A stretch of 64,000 bases of DNA from Ranitomeya imitator (GCF_032444005.1 NC_091290.1:139252001-139316000); one strand, 5' to 3'. Shown: positions 48,230-59,587, numbered from the stretch's first letter. A program made the numbers and translations. Notes: generated by a model not told the origin, from the sequence alone.

Positions 48230-48269
48230 GGCCTCCTGATGAGCCAGCGAGGCGAAACGCGTTGACGCT
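48230..48269 (+). ncRNA. Minimal type I hammerhead ribozyme (right arm)
   Basis: GGCCTC-CTGATGA-GCC AGCGA GGC-GAAA-CGCGT-T-GACGCT. Confidence 0.75.
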
Positions 48270-50446
48270 ATTAGGAACAGTGGGCTGACGGCGCAGAATG
48301 TTATGATGAGTATCGCTATATATATATGCCTGTATTTGTCAATGGATTTTGGGGCATGAGGCATGATATGTTCATCTACATTTGTTATGGTGGGGTGGAG
48401 TTTTGCAGTGGCATGCCCCCCACAGGTTTGATTGAAGCACAGGCAGTATCATCTGCGCAAGTGTGTGTATTTGTTGCCACATAGGTCACACATCATACGT
48501 GAGGGTGGCAACATGCGACTGTCAATAGCCCTCTGCATGTTCTCTTACTGTTTTTAACTCACAGGTGTGGGGTTTGAGGCTTCCCTAGATATAGTTGTTA
48601 TATGTCTAGCTTCGAGGGGTACCTTCAGTACACCATTGTGTGGGTAGAGGGACCCTTTGGGGATCATTAGGGTTTATCAGGGACCCTAGGGTTCAGCCGA
48701 CGCGGAGCGGGGGCGCCACATCGTTCCCCATAGGGTGCCAACCCCCGCTGTTAGGTAGGCGTGACCTAGGTATATTCTAGGGATTTGTCTTTTTTTTTCC
48801 CCTCCCTAGTTTTTTCACGGTGTTTTTGTGTTTTTTTGTATATTTTTTCTTGGTGCAGCCACAGGTTGGTGGCATTTTTAATCAAGTTTAATAAAGATTT
48901 TTTTCTGGGTCTATATGATTCCTATATTGATAGAAGCCCATTTACATATATTTTTTTGAGAATTTATGCACCCCTATTAATCTTAACCCCTTTCTGCCAT
49001 TAGACGTACTATTCCGTCCATGTGGGGTGGGCCCTACTTCCCAAGGACGGAATAGTACGTCATAGGCGATCGGCCGCGCTCACGGGGGGAGCGCGGCCGA
49101 TCGCGGCCGGGTGTCAGCTGCTTATCGCAGCTGACATCCGGCACTATGTGCCAGGAGCGGTTACGGACCGCCCCCGGCACATTAACCCCCAGCACACCGC
49201 GATCAAACATGATCGCGATGTGCCGGCGGTGCAGGGAAGCATCGCGCAGGGAGGGGGATCCCTGCGGGCTTCCCTGAGAACCCCGCAGCAACGCGATGTG
49301 ATTGCGTTGCTCCGGGGGTCTCCTACCTTCCTCCCTGCAGCAAATCCCGGATCCAAGATGGCCGCGGATCCGGGTCCTGCAGGGAGGGAGGTGGCTTACC
49401 AAGTGCCTGCTCAGAGCAGGCACTTGGTAACGCTGCAGCGCTCTGAGACAGATCAGTAATCTGCCAGAGTGCTGTGCAAACTGGCAGATCACCGATCTGT
49501 ATTGTCCCCCCCTGGGACAAAGTAAAAAAAGTTTTTAAAAAAATTTACAAGTGTGTAAAAAAAAAAAAAATCCTAAATAATGAAAAAAAATATATATTAT
49601 TCCCATAAATACATTTCTTTATCTAAATAAAAAAACAAACAATAAAAGTGCACATATTTAGTATCGCCGTGTCCGTAACGACCCGAACTATAAAACTGTC
49701 CCACTAGTTTACCCCTTCAGTAAACACCGTAAGAAAAAAAAAAAAAAACGAGGCAAAAAAACAACGCTTTATTATCATACCGCCGAACAAAAAGTGGAAT
49801 AACACGCGATCAAAAAGACGGATATAAATAACCATGGTACTGCTGAAAGCGTCATCTTGTCCCGCAAAAAACGAGCCGCCATACAGCAACATCAGCAAAA
49901 AAATAAAAAAGTTATAGTCCTCAGAATAAAGCGATGCAAAAATAATTATTTTTTCTATAAAATAGTTTTTATCGTATAAAAGCGCCAAAACATTAAAAAA
50001 ATGATATAAATGAGGTGTCGCTGTAATCGTACTGACCCGAAGAATAAAACTGCTTTACCAATTTTACCAAACGCGGAACGGTATAAACGCCTCCCCCAAA
50101 AGAAACTCATGAATAGCTGGTTTTTGGTAATTCTGCCTCACAATAATCGGAATAAAAAGCGATCAAAAAATGTCACGTGCCCGAAAATGTTACCAATAAA
50201 AACGTCAACTCGTCCCGCAAAAAACAAGACCTCACATGACTCTGTGGACTCAAATATGGAAAAATTATAGCTCTCAAAATGTGGTAACGCAAAAAATATT
50301 TTTTGCAATAAAAAGCGTCTTTCAGTGTGTGACGGCTGCCAATCATAAAAACCCGCTATAAAAGTAAATCAAACCCCCCTTCATCACCCCCTTAGTTAGG
50401 GAAAAATAAAAAAATTAAAAAAATGTATTTATTTCCATTTTCCCAT

Positions 50447-50910
50447 TAGGGTTAGGGCTAGGGTTAGGGCTAGGGTTAGGGTTACGGNNNNNNNNNNNNN
50501 NNNNNNNNNNNNNNNNNNNNNNNNNNNNNNNNNNNNNNNNNNNNNNNNNNNNNNNNNNNNNNNNNNNNNNNNNNNNNNNNNNNNNNNNNNNNNNNNNNNN
50601 NNNNNNNNNNNNNNNNNNNNNNNNNNNNNNNNNNNNNNNNNNNNNNNNNNNNNNNNNNNNNNNNNNNNNNNNNNNNNNNNNNNNNNNNNNNNNNNNNNNN
50701 NNTTGGGACTAGGGTTATGGTTAGGGCTAGGGTTAAGGCTAAAGTTAGGGTTAAGGCTACAGTTAGGGTTGGGGCTAAAGTTAGGGTTAGGGTTTGGATT
50801 ACATTTGCGGTTGGGAATAGGGTTGGGATTAGGGTTAGGGGTGTGTCTGGGTTAGATGTGTGGTTAGGGTTACCGTTGGAATTGGGGTTAGGGGTGTGTT
50901 TGGATTAGGG
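50447..50910 (+). repeat. (TTAGGG)n-like array spanning an assembly gap (N 50488-50702)
   Basis: TTAGGG/CTAGGG units on both sides of the gap. Confidence 0.85.
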
Positions 50911-52740
50911 TTTCAGTTATAATTGGGGGTTTCCACTGTTTAGACACATCAGGGGCTCTCCAAACGCGACATGGCGTCCGATCTCAATTCCAGCCAATTC
51001 TGCGTTGAAAAAGTAAAACAGTGCTCCTTCCATTCCGAGCTCTCCCGTGTGCCCAAACAGGGGTTTACCCCAACATATGGGGTATCAGCGTACTCAGGAC
51101 AAATTGGACAACAACTTTTGGGGTCCAATTCCTCCTGTTACCCTTGGGAAAATACAAAACTGGGGGCTAAAAAATAATTTTTGTGGGAAAAAAATTTTTT
51201 TTTATTTTCACAGCTCTGCGTTATAAACTGTAGTGAAACACTTGGGGGGTCAAAGTTCTCACAACACATCTAGATAAGTTCGTTGGGGGGGTCTAGTTTC
51301 CAATATGGGGTCACTTGTGGGGGGTTTCTACTGTTTAGGTACATTAGGGGCTCTGCAAACGCAATGTGACGCCTGCAGACCATTCCATCTAAGTCTGTAT
51401 TCCAAATGGCGCTCCTTCCCTTCCGAGCCCTCCCATGTGCCCAAACGGTGGTTCCCCCCCACATATGGGGTATCAGCGCACTCAGGACAAATTGCACAAC
51501 AACTTTTGGGGTCCAATTTCTCCTGTTACCCTCGGGAAAATACAAAACTGGGGGCTAAAAAATAATTTTTGTGGGAAAAAAATTTTGTTTTATTTTTACG
51601 GCTCTGCATTATAAACTTCTGTGAAGCTCTTGGTGGGTCAAAGTGCTCACCACACATCTAGATAAGTTCCTTAGGGGGTCTACTTTCCAAAATGGTGTCA
51701 CTTGTGGGGGGTTTCAATGTTTAGGCACATCAGTGGCTCTCCAAACGCAACATGGCATCCCATCTCAATTCCTGTGAATTTTGCATTGAAAAGTCAAACG
51801 GCGCTCCTTCCCTTCCAAGCTCTCCCATGCGCCCAAACAGTGGTTTACCCCCACATATGGGGTATCAGCGTACTCAGGACAAATTGTACAACAACTTTTT
51901 GGTTCCAATTTCTTCTCTTACCATTGGGAAAATAAAAAATTGGGGGCGAAAAGATAATTTTTGTGAAAAAAAAAATGATTTTTTATTTTTACGGTTCTGC
52001 ATTATAAACTTCTGTGAAGCACTTGGTTGGTCAAAGTGCTCACCACACCTCTAGATAAGATCCTTAGGGGGTCTACTTTCCAAAATGGTGTCACTTGTGG
52101 GGGGTTTCAATGTTTAGGCACATCAGTGGCTCTTCAAACGCAACATGGCGTCGCATCTCAATTCCTGTCAATTTTGCATTGAAAGGTCAAACGGCGCTCC
52201 TTCCCTTCCGAACTCTCCCATGTGCCCAAACAGTGTTTTACCCCCACATATGGGGTATCAGAGTACTCAGGACAAATTGTGAAACAACTTTTTGGTTCCA
52301 ATTTCTTCTCTTACCATTGGGAAAATAAAAAATTGGGGGGCGAAAAGATAATTTTTGTGAAAAAAAAATGATTTTTTATTTTTACGGTTCTGTTTATAAA
52401 CTTCTGTGAAGCACATGGTGGGTTAAAGTACTCACCACACCTCTAGATAAGTTCCTTAGGGGGTCTACTTTCCAAAATGGTGTCACTTGTGGGGGGTTTC
52501 AATGTTTAGGCACATCAGTGGCTCTCCAAACGCAACATGGCGTCCCATCTCAATTCTCGCTTCCAAGCTCTGTTATGCGCCCAAACAGTGGTTTACCTCC
52601 ACATATGGGGTATCGGCGTACTCAGGACAAATTGTACAACAAGGTTTGGGGTCCATTTTCTCCTGTAACCCTTGGTAAAATAAAACAAATTGGAGCTGAA
52701 GTAAATTTTTTGTGAAAAAAAGTTAAATGTTAATTTTTAT
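50910..52740. repeat. ~390-bp tandem array (4-5 units), same family as 38125-41100
   Basis: TCTAGATAAG anchor at 51269, 51657, 52050 and 52442. Confidence 0.9.
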
Positions 52741-52924
52741 TTATAGTGGATGCTTTCCTGAAACGGAAAGTACTTGCAAGCAGCATAATACAAAGAATAG
52801 CAGGTTTACCCAGAATCCTTTGCAGTAGGCGGAGCTATGCAAATCATCTCTTTCCACCCCAGTCTAATCCACAGCGCTTGGAACCGCCAAGCGTGCAATG
52901 CTGCGGATTAGTTTCTAAATTTAC

Positions 52925-53005
52925 ACAGCCAACCAATTCCTACCTGTGGACACGTGTTTCGGGCTTTAGGCCCTCATCAGCACAGGGCTGGAATTGGTTG
53001 GCTGT
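52925..53005 (-). ncRNA. Extended type I hammerhead ribozyme with an intact core and GUC cleavage site at 52949
   Basis: ACAGCCAACCAATTCC-AGC-CCTGTG-CTGATGA-GGGC CTAAA GCCC-GAA-ACACGTGT-C-CACAGG-TA-GGAATTGGTTGGCTGT. Confidence 0.92.
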
Positions 53006-53050
53006 ATGGAGTGGGGCTCGATGAGCAAGCGATACATATGTGCTAGCCAC

Positions 53051-53228
53051 CTTAGGGAGAGACCCAAGTTGGGCTAAATGTAGTGGGACGAAAGAGACCG
53101 AAAAGCCCTCTACTTAAAGGAAATACATAGTGGATGCTTTCCTGAAATGGAAAGTACTTGCAAGCAGCATAATACAAAGAATAGCAGGTTTACCCAGAAT
53201 CCTTTGCAGTAGGCGGAGCTATGCAAAT
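53051..53228 (-). promoter_or_regulatory. Putative snRNA-type promoter (octamer plus GC box DSE; PSE-like motif)
   Basis: ATGCAAAT at 53221-53228 next to AGGCGG; CTCTCCCTAAG (minus) at 53051-53061. Confidence 0.5.
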
Positions 53229-54592
53229 CATCTCTTTCCACCCCAGTCTAATCCACAGCGCTTGGAACCGCCAAGCGTGCAATGCTGCGGATAAGTTTCT
53301 AAATTTACACAGCCAACCAATTCACACGTGTTCACAGGTAGGAATTGGTTGGCTGTGTAAATTTAGAAACTAATCCGCAGCATTGCACGCTTGGCGGTTC
53401 CAAGCGCTGTGGATTAGACTGGGGTGGAAAGAGATGATTTGCATAGCTCCGCCTACTGCAAAGGATTCTGGGTAAACCTGCTATTCTTTTTATTATGCTG
53501 CTTGCAAGTACTTTCCGTTTCAGGAAAGCATCCACTATGTATTTCCTTTAAGTAGAGGGTTTTTCGGTCTCTTTCGTCCCGCTACATTTAGCCCAACTTG
53601 GGTCTCTCCCTAAGGTGGCTAGCACATATGTAATTTTTATTTAAACATTCCAAAAATTCCTGTGAAACACCTGAAGGGTTAATAAACTTCTTGAATGTGG
53701 TTTTGAGAACCTTGAGGGGTGCAGTTTTTAGAATGATGTCACACTTGGGTATTTTCTATCGTATAAACCCCTCAAAATGACTTCAAATGAGATGTGGTCC
53801 CTAAAATAAAATGGTGTTGTAAAAATGAGAAATTGCTGGTCAACTTTTAATCCTTATAACTCCCTAACAAAAAAAAATTTTGGTTGCAAAATTGTGCTGA
53901 TGTAAAGTAGAAATGTGGGAAATGTTACTTATTAAGTATTTTGTGTGATATAGCTCTGTGATTTAATTGCATAAAAATTCAAAGTTGGAAAATTGCAAAA
54001 TTTTCAAAATTTTCACCATATTTCCGTTTTTTTTTCACTAATAAACGCAGGTAATATCAAATAAATTTTTACCACTACCATGAAGTACAATATGTCACGA
54101 GAAAACAATGTCAGAATCACCGGGATCCGTTGAAGCGTTCCAGAGTTATAACCTCATAAAGGGACAGTGGTCAGAATTGTAAAAATTGGCCCGGTCCATA
54201 ACGTGCAAACCACCCTTGGGGGTAAAGGGGTTAAGCTTAATGTTTTATAAAAATTGTTTTTTTGCAACAGCTATTTCAGTTTCATATATCTAATAACTGT
54301 TGGACACAGTAATGTTTCTGCCTTGAAATGAGGTTTATTGTACTAACGGAAAATGTGCAATCTGCATTCAAACAAAATTTGACAGGTGCATAAGTATGGG
54401 CACCCTTATCATTTTCTTGTTTTAAATACCCCTACCTACTTTTTACTGACTTACTAAAGCACTTTTTTTGGTTTTCTAACCTCATTGAGCTTTGAACTTC
54501 ATAGCCAGGTGTATGCAATCATGAGGAAAGCTACTTAAAGTGGTCACTTGCAAGTTGTTCTCCTGTTTGAATCTCCTCTGAAGAGTGGCATC

Positions 54593-55614
54593 ATGGGCTC
54601 CTCAAAACAACTGTCTAATGATCTGAAAACAAAGATTATTCAACATAGTTGTTCAGGGGAAGGATACAAAAAGCTGTCTCAGAGATTTAACATGTCAATT
54701 TCCACTGTGAGGAGCATAGTAAGGAAATGGAAGAACACAGGTACAGTTCTTGTTAAGGCCAGAAGTGGCAGGCCATGAAAAACATCAGAAAGGCAGAGAA
54801 GAAGAATGGTGAGATCAGTCAAGGACAATCCTCAGACCACCTCCAGAGAGCTGCAGCATCAACTTGCTGCAGATGGTGCCACTGTGCATCGGTCAACTAT
54901 ACAACGCACTTTGCACAAGGAGAAGCTGTATGGGAGAGTGATGCGAAAGAAGCCGTTTCTGCAAGCACACCACAAACAGAGTCGGCTGAGATATGCAAAA
55001 GCACATTTGGAGAAGCCAATTTCTTTTTGGAAGAAGGTCCTGTGGACTGATGAAACCAAGATTGAGTTGTTTGGTCATACAAAAAGGCGTTATGTATGGC
55101 GGCAAAAAAAACACAGCATTCCAAGAAAAACACTTGCTACCCACAGTAAAATTTGGTGGAGTTTCCATCATGCTTTGGGGCTGTGTGGCCAATGCAGGCA
55201 CCGGGAATCTTGTTAAAGTTGAGGGACGCATGGATTCCTCTCAGTATAAGCAGATTCTTGACAATAATGTTCATGAATCAGTGACAAAGTTGAAGTTACG
55301 CAGGGGATGGATCTTTCAGCAAGACAATGATCCAAAACACTGCTCCAAATCTACTCACGCATTCATGCAGAGGAACAATTACACTATTCTGGAATGGCCA
55401 TCCCAGTCCCCAGACCTGAATATCATTGAACATCTGTGGGATAATTTGAAGAGGGCTGTCCATGCTCGGCGACCATCAAACTTAACTGAACTGGAATTGT
55501 TTTGTAAAGAGGAATTTTCAAAAATACCTTCATCCAGGATCCAGGAACTAATTAAAAGCTACAGGAAGCGACTAGAGGCTGTTATTTTTGCAAAAGGAGG
55601 ATCTACTAAATATG
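54593..55614 (+). pseudogene. Tc1 DD34E transposase with one premature stop and one frameshift
   Basis: MGSSKQLSNDLK..; TGA at 54776-54778; frameshift in the A-run near 55110; TDET, QQDN-x34-E. Confidence 0.93.
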
Positions 55615-58600
55615 AATGTCACTTTTCTGGTGGGGTGCCCATACTTATGCACCTGTCAAATTTTGTTTGAATTCAGATTGCACATTTTCTGTTAGTACAA
55701 TAAACCTCATTTCAAGGCAGAAACATTACTGTGTCCAATAGTTATTAGATATATGAAACTGAAATAGCTGTTGCAAAAAAAACCCCAATTTTTATAAAAC
55801 ATTAAGCTTAAGATTAATAGGGGTGCCCAAACTTTTTCATATAACTGTATATACATGTGTGTGTGTATGTGTAGCTTTGTCACCTTAAAAGGAGGGGGGC
55901 CCAGACACATTTACTGCACAGGGGCCCCAAGCTGTCTGTGTCCGCCACTGAGCTATTGTATACATATTCCTTTTACATTCATGTTGTGTCCATATAAATG
56001 CCGTATTCCAGAGCACTTGACGCTAATCCACCATGCCGGATGCTGACAAGAGCTTCTGTTTCCATTCAGGTAAACACTGTAAACTAAATAACCCGGAGGC
56101 ATGTTCTGCATCATCTGACTGGCGGCATTATAGCTGGAGCGGACAGAAACGCAGACTGAATGAGATAATGGGCGGAGAGGGAGCTGTTATTGTGTATGCA
56201 GATGGTTTAGAGTATGTATATACTATATATATATATGCAAAAAAATACAGCAGCCTTTATAAGTGCTAAAATGTCTGCAAAGATTGAAGACATTTGAATG
56301 CATTGCGGTTATACAGAATACTCTTGTACAATGAGCGTATTTAGCACACAAATTGGTCAATTCATGAAAGCCCATCAGCCATAACAAGGCGACCTTTCGC
56401 TGATTGGACCCTAAATACAATATTTATCACGTTAAGCTTTTAGCTTGGGCGAGGCATGTTTAATACAGTATATATTAACTTTACAATCCCATCAAAGAAA
56501 GGTACGCCTAGTCATGGCTGGTGGGCTCTCATAAATTGGGCAATTTTTGCTCTAAGTATATTATATACGGTAGTATTGCTCTCCAAATGTCAAATATTAC
56601 ATGTTTGCAGACATCTTAGCACTTATAGAAATTGTTCTATTCTATTGTTTGAGGGTTATGCAGTCATAGCAGCTTGCACCTGTTCACACCTGCATTAATG
56701 TGTTGTGAAGTGCTGGTCATTTTTTTGTGCTTTTATATGTTTTATATATGCACGCATCGTAACTTTGCAAAAAGTTTAATAAGTTCAAATAGATCACTTA
56801 AAAACAATGAAATATATATTTGGGGGGAGAAGAGGGTGCATGGAAACGGTGTAGGGACCAGGACTCTCACATCACACAGAGTCTTTCAATTGGTTTTTTG
56901 GTTATGAGCACATGGAGTTTTTCCAGAAACTTAAGGTAATCTTTCCAAATACTCCTCCAAATCTCAAAACTCCTCCAAACTTGAAGTTTCAGCTCAGTGA
57001 CTGTGTGCACATGGAATCTAGTGTAAACTGAGCAGACTTTTGTGTTTGAGAAGTTCTGCAGTTTTTAGAAGAATTTGGAGAGTTTCTTCTCAATTTCTGG
57101 TTAGGTTCTGTTCTAAAACTCTGTGTGCATATAGCTAAATTCCACTCCAAAACTAAACACAAAAGACCCTATTAATGATTGATTTTCAGCCATTATTGGA
57201 GTAAATCCTCTCCATAAAAACTATAAAAAATGGTTATGTTACATCCAATGAGGTCACTATGTCACTAGTGGATGGTTTTTGATAAAATCATAACTAAGCG
57301 CCTGAGGCTTTTTTTTTTTGGCGTTAGTTTTACACTATAGGATTTCTGGTCTTGTCCTATATTTTAATCAGTTTGTTAATACAAACTGTACCCTGCAGCC
57401 ATGAAAATCTAATTTATGAAGAGTTTGCAGTTATTGGGATTCTTATTTTTTTGCAGCCAAATACATTTTATAATTTTTTTTTTTAAACAATTTCTCATAA
57501 GGAAAATCCACAGGAGTGGAGACCGATCCGAAACAAAACATGAACAGATCAATTTTGCTCTTTTTGCTTCCTTTAATGCTAATTAGGAAAACTGCCAAAC
57601 ACTGTAACTTCTGCTGACGCGGTTTGGTCAATCAGAGCTGCGGATCTCTTACTTTCCTACATTTGATCCAGGTATAACACTGCCAGGAAGGACATTAAGA
57701 TGATAACTTCTGCTATACTTAAAGGGAACCTGCTACCGTGATCTCTGATTGTTTAATCGTTTTTTTTTACCTATGTATTCGGTTACGGCCAGCTTCAGAC
57801 GAGGGTATTTTACGTATATCAGATAGCATACGGATAAAATATGGACTAATGATATTCAATAGGACTGTTCAGATAAACGTTTCATTACTCAGTTGTAACG
57901 TGCACTAACCTCTTCCGTTTTTTTGGGATATTTGGACGAGCAAAAAAATGGATGCCATGTGGATCATACGTATTACATCCATTTTATGCATTTTTTTTTC
58001 CTTGTATTTTTATTAACTGCTTATGCATAAAAACGGATGTAAAAAATGGACACATGGATGAAATAGAGGCGATAATATGGATACAAATTTTCCATTTATT
58101 TCTCTATGAAAAACAGCGATTCTTCATATATGATCGGCTGAACCTGCCCATACTCCTAAAACCCTCTGTTTGACATATAGAAGATATGTGCCAAGTACCA
58201 TTGCCTAATCCAACGAAACGTATGTTAACGCAGTTGATGGAAGTTTTTACAAGACGCCACCATGCTTCATCACGCTTCGATAGAAACCAATGGTGACTGT
58301 AAAGTTACTGGGACATTTTTTGTTCACGTCGTCCTCTGGGGTCAGACATCAGTCATTTCATTCCAGTGCCATGACAGAAAAGTTTGGGGCTAAAATGTAA
58401 TTTTGAGTAGCGTTCCTCCATTTACACTTATCTACGGAGACCATATCAGCCAATATTCAGTGTCCTCTAGGTGCTTTTGGGTTAGGAGGTGTTTCCATTC
58501 CGGGAGCGAGAAGGAATAGCATACACAACCTCTGGGCAGGTGGAGACAACCATGTAATCTCTCATCTGTCGTATTACACTCGGACCTAAAATATTCTTGT

Positions 58601-59394
58601 CTGCACCTATCCTTATTCTATCATCTTTGCCTCTCCTGGATCTCGGTCATTTATGGCTGCAGAGATATTACAGAATAGCTTTGCTGACTTATTTAGGATC
58701 ACGGACGTCGTATTGGTTATAGAATAACATGGACTTCATCCTTATGGATCTCACAGTGTAATGTACCGAAGAAAAAAGCAGAGAAGTTTATGTTAAATTA
58801 TTGCACATATTATGTCTTCGAGTCTGGTGTTGGCTTTGTGCCTGGACTTGTTCAATCTTCTGCCCTAATGGGCGAAGCACTTGTCAAGGTGCTTACGGTA
58901 ATTGACTGGGAATGGATAGGATGGAGAGCACGATTCTACTGGAGCATCGGCGCTTCCACCATCGGTTCTGCTTGTTAGTGTAGTGTACAGGGAGAAACAC
59001 GTTGGAGGAACGTCATGAAAAATCAGCAGTTTTAGTGTAAAAGTCCGTTACCATAGAACTCTGAATAATAATATTGGTAACACAGCACCAGCATATATTC
59101 CGCAATGCCTTACAAGAGGTCACATGTACAAAGAAAGCAGTCATTTCATAGTAAAAAAAAACCTAACAATTAGATGTGTTACTCGCCTACCCTGACTCCA
59201 ATGCCAGATCCCACCTAATCTTCTGCTATTCTTCAGCATGTCGGAGTAACATAGTAATCCGGAGCGTAGCATTAAGGTTAGCCACGCTCCCTGTTCTCAT
59301 AGTCCAGCCCTGGCGGTGGCATGCTACCTGAGTATTCAGCTAGTTGGCATACACTTTTACTTATATTTTACTGCTGCTCCTTGCTGATTTTCCC

Positions 59395-59587
59395 CACCAT
59401 TCTGTAGAATGTAAGCCCGCAAGGGCAGGGTCCTCGCCCCTCTGTATCAGTCAGTAATTGTTAGTTTGTTTACTGTAAGTGATATTTGTATTTTGATGTA
59501 ACCCCTTCTCATGTACAGCACCATGGAATCAATGATGCTATATAATAAATAATAATAATAATAATAATAATAAATAATAATAATAAT
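59395..59587 (+). mobile_element. L2/CR1-superfamily LINE 3' end with (TAA)n tail
   Basis: TAGAATGTAAGCCCGCAAGGGCAGGG...TGTACAGCACCATGGAATC...TATATAATAAATAATAAT. Confidence 0.75.

Larger units (their letters stand above)
46972..48967. mobile_element. 2-kb palindromic hammerhead-bearing insertion (Penelope pseudo-LTR-like)
   Basis: Arms 46972-47794 and 48104-48924 (~820 bp, ~99% identical by eye) around a 309-bp spacer. Direct repeat GCACCCCTATTAATCT at 46957-46972 and 48968-48983. Confidence 0.85.
52744..53630. mobile_element. Satellite-2/retrozyme-like element: 384-bp unit with hammerhead, partial tandem plus an inverted copy
   Basis: 13-bp TSD TAATTTTTATTTA at 52731-52743 and 53631-53643. 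Unit starts at 52744 and 53128. Inverted arm 53324-53630. Confidence 0.88.
48987..54230. mobile_element. Large non-autonomous piggyBac-like element 2
   Basis: TTAA-CCCCTTT ... TAAAGGGG-TTAA duplicating the TTAA of the Tc1 TIR; internal TTAGGG array and ~390-bp repeats. Confidence 0.88.
46936..55847 (+). mobile_element. IR/DR-type Tc1 transposon (~1.65 kb) whose left TIR carries two insertions
   Basis: Left TIR pieces 46936-46971 and 54231-54403 mirror the right TIR (~55633-55847, then TA). GGGCACCC direct repeats at both ends of the TIR. Confidence 0.93.

Noticed and set aside
37970-50910. TTAGGG tracts beside N gaps as true chromosome ends
   Set aside because: They are degenerate, internal to TTAA-bounded elements, and sequence continues on both sides.
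38060-52715. Recurrent ORFs ending ...WGPISPVTLGK...
   Set aside because: Translations of the ~390-bp tandem unit, with frames and stops inconsistent between copies.
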